Positions 36,625 through 45,206 of a DNA stretch of 51,717 nucleotides are shown piece after piece. Within the stretch, counting starts at the first letter, position 1. Every line of letters begins with the position of its first letter. The position numbers and the translations under genes are program-made. The notes beneath the pieces are model-generated. The model worked only from the letters and a program-made list of their open reading frames with translations. It was not told the DNA's origin and ran no database searches. The DNA comes from a virus, in the IMG/VR virus record IMGVR_UViG_3300045988_038298. One strand, given 5' to 3'.

Positions 36625-36694
36625 CGTATTGTCCTTTCTGCTCTAAGCCTAATACTTCTTTATGCTCTTCATCGTATACTGAAAGTTCTTCAGT

Positions 36695-37207
36695 TCAAGC
36701 TGCTACGATTTCTCCCTCTGTGAACTCTGGTTTACCTGTCTTAAGAGAAGCAGCCGTAACATAGCCTTTTGTTCTCTTTCCATCATCAGATACATCGAAT
36801 GGAATGTTGATTCCTGCTGTGTCTCCACCGTAGGACTGTGGTTTAACCATTACTTCCTGTACATAAGCAAGGTGCTTCTCCGCTGCTGTATCCTCTACAA
36901 TAACCTCAAGCATAAGTGTTCTACACTCATCACCCTTCTGTCTGTTCAATGCGATATCTCTAAGCTTTGTGTACAGTTTAGAAGACGGATCCGCATAGAA
37001 TGGATCAGCTGACATGGAAGGTGTGTATCCATTGTCAGTCGTCTTTGTGTTACCGAGAATGTTTTTCTTCTGTTCTGTATCAGGATTCAGTTCTACAGAC
37101 ATTTCCTCGATATCATCACCGAGAATCACCCAGTCTGCTGTATCTGCTGCCATCTTGAATGTTGAATCAAGATAGTGCATTAATGCTTCACGCTCTAATT
37201 TAGCCAT
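36695..37207 (-). CDS. major tail (tube) protein
   Basis: 170 aa; position; strong RBS ggaggataac. Confidence 0.6.
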   Translation of the reverse strand: MAKLEREALMHYLDSTFKMAADTADWVILGDDIEEMSVELNPDTEQKKNILGNTKTTDNGYTPSMSADPFYADPSSKLYTKLRDIALNRQKGDECRTLMLEVIVEDTAAEKHLAYVQEVMVKPQSYGGDTAGINIPFDVSDDGKRTKGYVTAASLKTGKPEFTEGEIVAA

Positions 37208-37222
37208 GATTGTTATCCTCCG

Positions 37223-37735
37223 TTATTTCTTGTAGAATATGTTTCTGTATTTCAAGGAGATACTGATTGCCCAGTCTTGGACATTACCATCACTCACATT
37301 ATCTAAGTGAGCCGGTGTAAGCCTTATGATCTCCTCTATTTTTCTCTCTTCTGTAAGCACTGGATATTCTTCCAGTTTTACTTGTTCTCCATTTATTACA
37401 ACCGTCTGCTGTTCAAGCCACTTTCCAAGAGTGTCAAGGAATTCTTTGATACTGGCCTTAATCTTTGGAGAGTCGATTGAAGACCGGTAAATCACATAAA
37501 AAGGATAGTTGCACAACTGGTCTACTTTTCCAGTTACGCTCTTCTTTTCCAGTACAATCACCGCTCCTGTCACTGGATAGAAGGCAATACCGCCATCTTC
37601 GTCTAGTGTGGAGAATCTTATCTTTTCGTCTTCCTCTAATCCTGGAAAACTATTGAGAAGAGAAACGAGTGCATCAGTTACAGCTTCGTAACCGTCTACA
37701 TCGTACATGACCGGTTTCTTACTTTCCTCCGGCAA
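37223..37735 (-). CDS. head-tail joining / tail terminator-like protein
   Basis: Position only. Confidence 0.45.
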   Translation of the reverse strand: MPEESKKPVMYDVDGYEAVTDALVSLLNSFPGLEEDEKIRFSTLDEDGGIAFYPVTGAVIVLEKKSVTGKVDQLCNYPFYVIYRSSIDSPKIKASIKEFLDTLGKWLEQQTVVINGEQVKLEEYPVLTEERKIEEIIRLTPAHLDNVSDGNVQDWAISISLKYRNIFYKK

Positions 37736-38171
37736 TTCGTTTCACTCCTTTCACCCAAGACTTCACATTCTCTGTCTTCGCAGCATCAAACCAATGGTCT
37801 GTTGCTCTAGGATGTGCTGTCTTATCAAATACAAGGTCTCTGTCTGTTACTACCTTCTTCGCTCCGGCTCTTGCCCACGGTGAACCTGTGGCAGGATCCA
37901 CCATGACTTTTCCTTCATAGAGGAATCGTCCGTAGGGTGGAGCGCCGGCAATAACCCGTCCACTGCCTTGCATGGATCTGCTCATAATTGCAGACACGTT
38001 TCTCATGTTGCCATCACGAAAAGGCATATACTTTTCCATATCAGTAAACACTTGACCGTCTAACCAGTTCTGTGCTTCCTGGAACTGCTTTTCAAATCTG
38101 TTCAAGCTAATGTTCACTGTGATGTCACCGGCTACCATCGAAAAGCTTGGAAAATGAAATGTCTTACTCAT
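37719..38171 (-). CDS. head-tail joining protein (minor capsid-like)
   Basis: Start MSKTFHF one nt after the upstream stop. Confidence 0.45.
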   Translation of the reverse strand: MSKTFHFPSFSMVAGDITVNISLNRFEKQFQEAQNWLDGQVFTDMEKYMPFRDGNMRNVSAIMSRSMQGSGRVIAGAPPYGRFLYEGKVMVDPATGSPWARAGAKKVVTDRDLVFDKTAHPRATDHWFDAAKTENVKSWVKGVKRIAGGK

Positions 38172-38172
38172 A

Positions 38173-38619
38173 TTACTTACCACCAATCTCGAAATGAGGA
38201 ATCAGCGTGTAAGAGCCTACACTTGTGATTAGGAAGACGCTATCCATCTTCTTGTTCAGATAATCGTAAAATCCTTTGTTGGTACGTGACGTATAGTCTT
38301 CATCGGCAATTACCGTTTCCGGATATTTGCCTTCCATGAAGATGTCACCTGTCGAAAATGTGATTGAACTCTCTTTGTTTTCCTCAGTTTTCCACACTTT
38401 CGGAGTGAGATAGGAAAGATTGCACACTGTCCTTTCTCCTTCACGTACCACAAAAGGCACATGGAGTTTCGCTGTATCAGCATTTTCCAAACCGGTCTTG
38501 GCAACGTTTGCAGCCTTATCCGTAATAAGTGTGACTCCGGATAAAACATGAGGATACCAAAATATGGCATCACTCTTGTCAATGTATTTGTTAAATACAG
38601 TCACAGTCTTGTCATACAT
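38173..38619 (-). CDS. head-tail adaptor-like protein
   Basis: Start MYDKTVTVFNKY after RBS aaggagg. Confidence 0.45.
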   Translation of the reverse strand: MYDKTVTVFNKYIDKSDAIFWYPHVLSGVTLITDKAANVAKTGLENADTAKLHVPFVVREGERTVCNLSYLTPKVWKTEENKESSITFSTGDIFMEGKYPETVIADEDYTSRTNKGFYDYLNKKMDSVFLITSVGSYTLIPHFEIGGK

Positions 38620-38765
38620 CGGTATCCCCTCCTTAATAGAATTCTTTTCCACATTCCTTGCACTTCCACACATGATGAGTCTTGTACTCATGGTCTCCGA
38701 CCTCATCGAGGAAAGTTGAAGAATATGTCAATTTTTTATGTCGGCACATTAACCGCTTAAGCCAT

Positions 38766-39242
38766 CTAAACACCAGCATAGAGTAGGCACACTCCTTCCT
38801 TATCTACAACTCCTTGCAGATACTCAGAAGCCACCTGCCGAATCAGAATAGCTTCCACTTTCTTATCCATTGACGCTCGTGCATAGATGCTGTCGGATGC
38901 TCCGCTAGTCCCAGTTGCAAAGCTGATGCTTTCAGCACCTGACGTAATGGACGATACTTGCTTCTTGCTCACTGTACCGTCAGCGTGTTTAATCACACCT
39001 ACAGTGTCCAGTGATGCTTTTCTGATTGAGTCGATCTGGTACAGAGTTTCTGCAATCTCACAGACAGCTTTCTGAACCTTTGCATTAGATTTCTCGTCTT
39101 CCGGAAGACCATCTTTTAATCTGCCAAAGGTGATTCTGTCCAAGCGTTCGCTTGCTCGTTCTGCATACTTAGGAAACTCTTCCTCTTTCACGACATCTCC
39201 AAAATATTTAGTTGTATAGAACTGAGAGTCTGTGTATGCCAT
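38766..39242 (-). CDS. head-tail connector (gp6-like) protein
   Basis: Position after the capsid gene; MAYTDSQFYTTKYFGD...AERASERLDRITFGRL. Confidence 0.5.
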   Translation of the reverse strand: MAYTDSQFYTTKYFGDVVKEEEFPKYAERASERLDRITFGRLKDGLPEDEKSNAKVQKAVCEIAETLYQIDSIRKASLDTVGVIKHADGTVSKKQVSSITSGAESISFATGTSGASDSIYARASMDKKVEAILIRQVASEYLQGVVDKEGVCLLYAGV

Positions 39243-39253
39243 GTGAATCTCCT

Positions 39254-39397
39254 TTACTCAGCTTTTTTTCTTGTCTGCTGTTTCTTCTGTGTAAGCTTAA
39301 CTTCTTCGTACTTATCTGGATTGCTCTGCATACTGGCAATACTCTCGGCATTGTCAGTAGACAGATACAGTCCAGTTTCTTTGTCTAAGAACTTCAT
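39254..39397 (-). CDS. small protein (47 aa) downstream of the capsid gene
   Basis: Hand translation MKFLDKETGLYLSTDNAESIASMQSNPDKYEEVKL... Confidence 0.4.
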   Translation of the reverse strand: MKFLDKETGLYLSTDNAESIASMQSNPDKYEEVKLTQKKQQTRKKAE

Positions 39398-39402
39398 CTT
39401 AA

Positions 39403-40254
39403 TCAACCACCAATTTTCTTATTCTTGAAGATAAGGTCCGGTGTAACAGATTTTGTTCCGAAGTGGTAGAACAGTTCGATTCCGTAAGCGTTTGAAAGCG
39501 GAATCTTCTCTGCATTGTACGGATCAGACATTACTGGCTGCGCAATTGCACCGTCAACCATAACGAGAACCTTAACGTCTGTTGGAAGATGTACGCAAGA
39601 GTATGTCTTAACACCGTGGAAAGCGTAGAACTCTTCGTCAGCTGCTCCAACACCAGGAACTGTTACCTTGTCAAGGTATGTTCTGATTTTTCCGTAGTAG
39701 TCCGGATCCAGTACCATGTGCATCATTGATCTTGGAACTCCGTCCACGTACTCATTCTTTGTTGTCTCACACTGCTGAATCATTTTCTCTGCAATCTCTT
39801 CAATTGCTGTGATTCCTGTCAGATCTACTTCTGTAGCATCTGTACCAGCTACTTCGAAGAACTTTGTATCAAGCTCTGCTGCCATTCTAAGCGCATGGTT
39901 TGCTGTTCTCTTAGCAATAAATCCTTCAACTCCAAGAAGAGAAACATCTTTCTGCTCTACTTCTTCTACGATCTCTCTGTCCTGATCAATCGGAATTGTT
40001 ACCGGTTTACCTTTAACACCGTCACCCTTTGCAGCTGTTCTAGCTGTTCCGTAGTTCTTCGGTGTTGCGTTTGCAAATCTCTTCGCTTCTACTGTTCCGG
40101 CATGAGGATCACCAGAAAGCTCTGTGTTCTTCATTGCTCCGGAAATTGTAAGTTTCTGTACGTTCTCGATTACCTTTCCGTATTCCTCTGCAAGGAACAT
40201 CTTTCCAGATGGATCGAGAAGCATGTTTAATGACTGAATTCTTGTATCTGCCAT
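39403..40254 (-). CDS. major capsid protein
   Basis: 283 aa following the scaffold gene; strong RBS aaaggagaa. Confidence 0.75.
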   Translation of the reverse strand: MADTRIQSLNMLLDPSGKMFLAEEYGKVIENVQKLTISGAMKNTELSGDPHAGTVEAKRFANATPKNYGTARTAAKGDGVKGKPVTIPIDQDREIVEEVEQKDVSLLGVEGFIAKRTANHALRMAAELDTKFFEVAGTDATEVDLTGITAIEEIAEKMIQQCETTKNEYVDGVPRSMMHMVLDPDYYGKIRTYLDKVTVPGVGAADEEFYAFHGVKTYSCVHLPTDVKVLVMVDGAIAQPVMSDPYNAEKIPLSNAYGIELFYHFGTKSVTPDLIFKNKKIGG

Positions 40255-40280
40255 GTTTGTATTCTCCTTTAACTTTTTAA

Positions 40281-40311
40281 GGTCAACGATTATCTCTGAT
40301 TGATAACCGTT
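40281..40311 (-). promoter_or_regulatory. conserved intercistronic stem-loop, copy i
   Basis: - strand AACGGUUAUC-AAUCAGA-GAUAAUCGUU-GACC. Confidence 0.6.
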
Positions 40312-40322
40312 CTATCGCATGA

Positions 40323-40934
40323 CTACCATACTGCCGGTGGTGTGTACACTGGATCCTTGCCGTCTCCTCCGCCTTTGGTTGTAGGTGCTGTGAAAGTTGG
40401 CACATTCGGAGCATCTGTTGGAGCAAATGCATCTTTCTGTGACTCTCTCAGCTCGTTCATGTAATCATCGAGTCCGAGGATTTTTTCACCTTCACGTTTC
40501 AGCCCTTTCTCTTTGATCATGCTGATAATTCCTGTCTTAGCAAACTCAGATGTGAATTTCTCACCTGACAGTGCCTTAATCAGTGCATCATTGAAGTCTC
40601 TCTCTTCAATCTTTGCTGCATAATCTTTCTCGCTGTCCGCAAGTTTTGTCTGCCACTCTTTCTCTGCGGTCTCTGCTTTGGTTTTCCACTCATCACGTTC
40701 TTTTGTGATAGCATCAAAGTCTTTGCCCTCAAATCCTTCAAGTGTAGACTTGGCTGTGTCATACTGTGTTTTAATGTTGTCTCTTTCCTGTGTGACTGTC
40801 TCAAGCTTTCTGCCCTGTTTCTCAAACTCAGCAAGAGTCTTGTAATTCTCATTCACACTGGTTTCGATTGTTTTCTTCTGCTCATCTGTAATCTCAAGAC
40901 CAGCATCGGAAAGAATCTGAATAATGTTTTTCAT
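40323..40934 (-). CDS. scaffolding protein
   Basis: Charged coiled-coil protein of 203 aa upstream of the capsid gene. Confidence 0.7.
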   Translation of the reverse strand: MKNIIQILSDAGLEITDEQKKTIETSVNENYKTLAEFEKQGRKLETVTQERDNIKTQYDTAKSTLEGFEGKDFDAITKERDEWKTKAETAEKEWQTKLADSEKDYAAKIEERDFNDALIKALSGEKFTSEFAKTGIISMIKEKGLKREGEKILGLDDYMNELRESQKDAFAPTDAPNVPTFTAPTTKGGGDGKDPVYTPPAVW

Positions 40935-41208
40935 GTTTCATATCCTCCTCAACGTATTTTATTAACCGTTTCGTCCACGGTAGGGATTCAGACAGATAAA
41001 CCTCTGTCAGGGTAATCGTGGTTGAGGGAGTTGAACCCCCATAGCCATTACCACGCAAGAACAGATGCTATAGAAAGGCAGATTCACATCTGTCCCCAGC
41101 TCCCTTAGGAGCAAAGCCTACCGAGATGTGCGATACCTCTTAACAGGATTCCCCTAGTAGGCTATCTTTCAAAAAAGGAGGCGCAAAAATACGATATATT
41201 CTTCACCC
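40935..41208 (-). ncRNA. structured 5' leader of about 270 nt containing a tRNA-like acceptor/T-arm minihelix (41016-41055)
   Basis: ORF-free; nested helices (41115-41121/41157-41163, 41061-41067/41087-41093); GGGGG-UUCAACU-CCCUC T-arm-like hairpin closed by CGUGGU/ACCACG. Confidence 0.5.
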
Positions 41209-41215
41209 AATACCC

Positions 41216-41250
41216 ATTATGAATGTTTTTGATTACTTCGTTGTACCCAT
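41216..41250 (-). promoter_or_regulatory. phage-specific promoter-like motif, copy b (ATGGGTACAAC-N18-CATAAT)
   Basis: The 11-mer is identical in all three copies with identical 18-nt spacing to a -10-like hexamer. Confidence 0.55.
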
Positions 41251-41252
41251 CT

Positions 41253-42479
41253 TTAACTCTTTTTCGCACTTTCGTATCTTCTTGCAGCAGCTGCACTCTT
41301 CATAGCTTGCTTTCTGTCCCACCGTGCGACTTTCAATCGTTCTGCATACTCTCTTAGGTCATTCTCTTCACAAAATGCACTGTACCGCTTGTTCTGAAGC
41401 TTCAATGTGTGAGCCTTGCGGTCCAACATATTCTGCAATTCAAACCTTGCCTTATCATCCTTACAGTTATCAACAGCTGTCTGCAAGTTCTGTATCTTCC
41501 GCTTGGTGTCACGGATCCTACGCTCCTGTGCTCTCTGTTTCTTCTGCAATTCCTCAACCTTATGGTTATCAGCAAGAGTTATCTTCTTATCCTCATAAGG
41601 ATTGTTCACTCCGTCACCACTTCCAAATGAGTGCCTACAGTTCCAACCGCACAAGCCTTCACCAGTTCCGAAACCAGTTGTCTTAACGAAGTCCGGGAAT
41701 CTCTTATCCTTTCCACTTCGTGAGTAGAACCGTCCTTGCCACCACAAGTGATTGCCAGGATTCATTCCACCGTTTCCGGTACGTGCTCCTAAGTGAGCAG
41801 ACACAAGAACAGTATCCCAGTTCATTTCTTCCATTCTCTTCATGGAGATGTCGGCAGCTGCTTGTCCCACTCCTGTCCTCACGATCATCATCGTTGCTGA
41901 CTCAATGCTCATTCTGTACCCAGTAGGATAGTTCACTTTGAGTCCTACTTCTGTGATATTGTTAATTACATCTCTGACCGCTTGTGTGTACGATACAGCA
42001 CCAGTAGATACAAGATGGTATGCATTGTCCATCTGATTGATGAAAGTCTTCTGTGCATCCAGTGCTGTGGTCCGTGTGAAGTTGTTCCATTCTCCGGCAG
42101 TAGCAAGGTAATCTCTCTCGAGGATCCTGAGCATGGTTGGAGATTGCATCAGTGCTGTTGGAGTGAGTCCGGCTGCAATATACACAGCATCATCCCATTT
42201 CAACGAAGTGATACCAGCATCAATGAAAGCATCCTTGATTTCTTTCTGCTGTAACTTTGTCTTGTCCGCTATTTCCTTCTGGATATCCTCTAGCAGTTCA
42301 CCAGACTCTTGAAGCACTTGTATCTGCCATCGGTCTGTCTGTGTCAACAGATAGTCCTCACCTCTGCCGAGTCTCTTCATGATTCTCTCGATGATCATGT
42401 CCATAATAGTGCGATGAAGGGACGAAGATATCTCCTCCGCCCCTTCTGTTATTCTTTGTAAGTATTCAGGTGTTAGCAT
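41253..42479 (-). CDS. minor head / head morphogenesis protein (SPP1 gp7 / Mu F-like)
   Basis: 408 aa; GWNCRHSF motif; basic coiled-coil C-terminus. Confidence 0.7.
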   Translation of the reverse strand: MLTPEYLQRITEGAEEISSSLHRTIMDMIIERIMKRLGRGEDYLLTQTDRWQIQVLQESGELLEDIQKEIADKTKLQQKEIKDAFIDAGITSLKWDDAVYIAAGLTPTALMQSPTMLRILERDYLATAGEWNNFTRTTALDAQKTFINQMDNAYHLVSTGAVSYTQAVRDVINNITEVGLKVNYPTGYRMSIESATMMIVRTGVGQAAADISMKRMEEMNWDTVLVSAHLGARTGNGGMNPGNHLWWQGRFYSRSGKDKRFPDFVKTTGFGTGEGLCGWNCRHSFGSGDGVNNPYEDKKITLADNHKVEELQKKQRAQERRIRDTKRKIQNLQTAVDNCKDDKARFELQNMLDRKAHTLKLQNKRYSAFCEENDLREYAERLKVARWDRKQAMKSAAAARRYESAKKS

Positions 42480-42580
42480 TATTCCTCACCGTCTTTGTCA
42501 TTTTTATCATCCTTTGTAATGATTGCAAAAAGCAAAATTGTTACGCAAATGATAAGAATATTCATAGTTGATACCGCCAT
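42479..42580 (-). CDS. small membrane peptide (33 aa)
   Basis: MAVSTMNILIICVTILLFAIITKDDKND...; TAATG overlap with the next gene. Confidence 0.35.
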   Translation of the reverse strand: MAVSTMNILIICVTILLFAIITKDDKNDKDGEE

Positions 42581-42653
42581 ATTGTCACCGCCTTGTTTAC
42601 TCCTCTGTATGACAGGTGTTTGTCAGTTTCTTGTACACATCTTCATACAACTC

Positions 42654-43055
42654 CTACTTTTCGTTCTTTCCAAGAACATTTCTTTCAATGCGATCTTCTA
42701 CTCTACGGTTCATCCACATGAGTGCTTCCTCAATATGAGTAAGTGCACAAGCATTTTCTCTTGACGAAAACGGTCCTGCCTGAAAAGCCTTTAAGCGATC
42801 ACGGACAATTTCCAGTAAATCTGTGTCGATTACACCGTGAAGCGAATCTTTTTCTTTTCGTGGTCCGCACTGCATCTGTAATGTAAGAAGCAGATTCTCC
42901 GGTTCCGCTCTTAACGATGTATCATCATCTTCAAGCGTTGCTGTTCCAGCCTTGTACACACAATATAAGTGATTAGCACCACCTGGACCGATTTCATCTA
43001 CGGCAAATACATCATTTAATTTTTCTCTTTTCTGAATTGTTGATAACTGTTTCAT
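42654..43055 (-). CDS. hypothetical protein (133 aa)
   Basis: Start MKQLSTIQ after RBS ggaaggagg. Confidence 0.5.
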   Translation of the reverse strand: MKQLSTIQKREKLNDVFAVDEIGPGGANHLYCVYKAGTATLEDDDTSLRAEPENLLLTLQMQCGPRKEKDSLHGVIDTDLLEIVRDRLKAFQAGPFSSRENACALTHIEEALMWMNRRVEDRIERNVLGKNEK

Positions 43056-43057
43056 TT

Positions 43058-43186
43058 CTAATCCTCCTTCCGTGGCTGTACATTTCCGCAGCCACGGCAA
43101 TATGTTTTTCCATTAACTTCTTTTGTACACATGCAGTTGTGTACTTCATCACATTTCGTTTCATTTACTTCTACATAATCTTTCAT
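43058..43186 (-). CDS. small Cys-rich protein (42 aa)
   Basis: [35 protein letters not shown]... Confidence 0.4.
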   Translation of the reverse strand: MKDYVEVNETKCDEVHNCMCTKEVNGKTYCRGCGNVQPRKED

Positions 43187-43192
43187 AATTTT

Positions 43193-43519
43193 CTACTCCT
43201 CATAAATAATATCCAAACCATAAGCAACCGCAGTATCATGCTCGATCTTGCATCCTCTTGCATTCTCCCAGCCCTTGCAGAAGTATGCTGCATGGCACAG
43301 CGACATATTCTCTAACGTCTTAGCAAGATAACATATCGGAATCTGAACTACACCACGTTCTTTCATTGCATCGGCACTGTACCACTCATCTGTGAAAAGA
43401 GTATTTACAACCTCATATCCTTTTTCTTCAAGAACCTTAATTGCTTTCTCTCTTGTTGCTACGATTTCTTCATCAGTCTTTCCAGCCATTGGCTGACTTA
43501 ACATTGCTTTCTTCATCAT
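43193..43519 (-). CDS. DUF4406-like (nucleoside 2-deoxyribosyltransferase-like fold) protein
   Basis: MMKKAMLSQPMAGKTDEEI...; RBS caggagg. Confidence 0.55.
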   Translation of the reverse strand: MMKKAMLSQPMAGKTDEEIVATREKAIKVLEEKGYEVVNTLFTDEWYSADAMKERGVVQIPICYLAKTLENMSLCHAAYFCKGWENARGCKIEHDTAVAYGLDIIYEE

Positions 43520-43818
43520 TAATCCTCCTGTTCGCCAGGACGTTTGCTTATTGGCTCTACTCCAATCAAGCACCCATTTCCGGCATATGCTATAAATTCA
43601 AATTTATTATTCACAACAACCTTTGATGTTTCGCTGAAAGGCTCTATCAGTTGATATGTCTCAAATATTGGCAGATACAGTGCTTTTGGTGTTTGCCAGT
43701 ACAGTTTCCTTTTACCATCAAGTTTCCATCCGGCATCCGTAGTAATTGTCTCAAACCTTAAAATTCCAATAACTTCCTGCCCCGTTGTTTCAATATGTGC
43801 AATTGCTTTTTGTATCAT
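43519..43818 (-). CDS. hypothetical protein (99 aa)
   Basis: ATGA overlap with the upstream gene. Confidence 0.5.
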   Translation of the reverse strand: MIQKAIAHIETTGQEVIGILRFETITTDAGWKLDGKRKLYWQTPKALYLPIFETYQLIEPFSETSKVVVNNKFEFIAYAGNGCLIGVEPISKRPGEQED

Positions 43819-44309
43819 TCCGCAAACAACCAATCTTCAGCAAGCATATCCGCCTGAGAAGCGAGCCATCCCATCTGTACTCCTGATGTTCCGACAAATG
43901 CAATAGCCATGTTTCCGATAGTATCATGTTCACAGTTTACAATTTCTCCATCTGCTGTCTTATAAGAAATACCAGTAGCAAGCTGAATGTACTGCTTCTT
44001 ACCATTCCAACCTTCACGAGCTACTTTACGTCCTTTCTTTAATTGCTTAATAGCTTCACTGAAAGAAAAAGTTGCTTCGCCACCAAGTGCCGGACAGTTC
44101 GTGTCATTCGCAAAAATCCATTCATCGGAGCAAATATTGGTAAATGTGTAATCCACACACTCGGTGCTACGGACATCAATGTCATTACCATCTTTTGTAT
44201 GCATCAGAATTGACTGTGCCGGAATACACCAGAACCAATATCCGGCCCATGATGGAAGTTTTACCTTTGCTCCATGCTTCATTGCTTCAAATGCTTCTTT
44301 AAATGTCAT
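43815..44309 (-). CDS. tandem DUF2829 (Tad2-like) protein
   Basis: Two modules: MTFKEAFEAMKHGAKVKLPSW... and FSFSEAIKQLKKGRKVAREGWNGKKQYI...GWLASQADMLAEDWLF. Confidence 0.65.
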   Translation of the reverse strand: MTFKEAFEAMKHGAKVKLPSWAGYWFWCIPAQSILMHTKDGNDIDVRSTECVDYTFTNICSDEWIFANDTNCPALGGEATFSFSEAIKQLKKGRKVAREGWNGKKQYIQLATGISYKTADGEIVNCEHDTIGNMAIAFVGTSGVQMGWLASQADMLAEDWLFAE

Positions 44310-44324
44310 CGTTCATTTCTCCTT

Positions 44325-44771
44325 TCATTTCATCATCGGAACCATACACGTTTCTTCTATTCTTTCATATTTCCGTTCTAGCTCAAGTTCGTATTTTTTA
44401 ATTTTATAATCGATATTCCCAATTACGTCGTTCTTTTTCTTGTATTCACCAATAACGTGATTTACAAAACAATTGAATTCTTCTCGATTCTGCTCTTCCG
44501 CATTATCGTACAGTTCATCGCCACAAAGCGGTAAGCAATTTTCTCCGGTTACTACGGACAGTAGCAAGATTCCATATGTCTCTTCCGGCAAGTATCTTTC
44601 CTCATGCTTAACAATTATATCTCCCGTCTTAGATACTCCATTTGGTAATGCAGAAAAGCCTACTGCATAACTGCCTGGAATCATTATCCGAAACATCACG
44701 TACTGCGTAATCGAAGTGATTATTGTTCTTTTTTCTTCCTTGTAACGTGGGAATATCGGCATTGTAAACAT
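44325..44771 (-). CDS. hypothetical protein (148 aa)
   Basis: RBS aaaaggag. Confidence 0.5.
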   Translation of the reverse strand: MFTMPIFPRYKEEKRTIITSITQYVMFRIMIPGSYAVGFSALPNGVSKTGDIIVKHEERYLPEETYGILLLSVVTGENCLPLCGDELYDNAEEQNREEFNCFVNHVIGEYKKKNDVIGNIDYKIKKYELELERKYERIEETCMVPMMK

Positions 44772-44795
44772 CTTACAGTCTCCTTTTTTCTGCTT

Positions 44796-45116
44796 CTACA
44801 ACGAACCTACACTCTTAAATGCTTCCTCTATCTTTGGATACTGGATAGCAAACCAGTCCACTATTGTTTCCTCGTGTCCAAACTGTTTGTAATGTTCAAA
44901 GTTCGGTCCTAATCCGCTTTCGTAAAGAAAAGCATGTATGATTTCGTGACGTAACTGTTTCTTCATCAAACAGTCGAAATCACCTAACTTGTTCACGTTA
45001 TCAGTTCTCAATTTGATGATTTTAGATGTATAGTCGCAGTATCCGTCATATTCTGCATCTTTCATCTCTTCACGGATAATTTTATATTCAGTTCCTAATA
45101 CGTTTACTTTTTCCAT
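44796..45116 (-). CDS. small HExxH metallopeptidase-like protein (SprT-like)
   Basis: Start MEKVNVLG after RBS agaggag (the longer track ORF would run into the tRNA-like gene); QLRHEIIHAFLYESG. Confidence 0.55.
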   Translation of the reverse strand: MEKVNVLGTEYKIIREEMKDAEYDGYCDYTSKIIKLRTDNVNKLGDFDCLMKKQLRHEIIHAFLYESGLGPNFEHYKQFGHEETIVDWFAIQYPKIEEAFKSVGSL

Positions 45117-45135
45117 TGCTACTCCTCTCTTAAAA

Positions 45136-45206
45136 ACGAAATAGGAGGGCTCGAACCTCCATCTCCAACTCTCGCGCTGGTGCTTTACCAATTAAGCTAC
45201 ATTTCG
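45136..45206 (-). tRNA. tRNA-like gene with non-canonical anticodon loop (6 nt, or 8 nt if the closing pair opens; no U33)
   Basis: - strand CGAAATG TA GCTT AATTGGTA AAGC A CCAGC GCGAGA GTTGG AGAT GGAGG TTCGAGC CCTCC TATTTCG T. Confidence 0.6.

Noticed and set aside
38620-38706. N-terminal extensions of several track ORFs (for example 38173..38706, 44796..45191, 1127..1585, 8797..9192, 23151..24299).
   Set aside because: Internal ATGs preceded by strong GGAGG-like RBSs and abutting the upstream stop fit much better. Some of the extensions run into terminators or tRNA-like genes.
41144-41152. Shared 9-mer aggattccc between the capsid leader (41144-41152) and the terminator region at 50485-50493.
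   Set aside because: The flanking sequences do not align, so this is likely coincidence.
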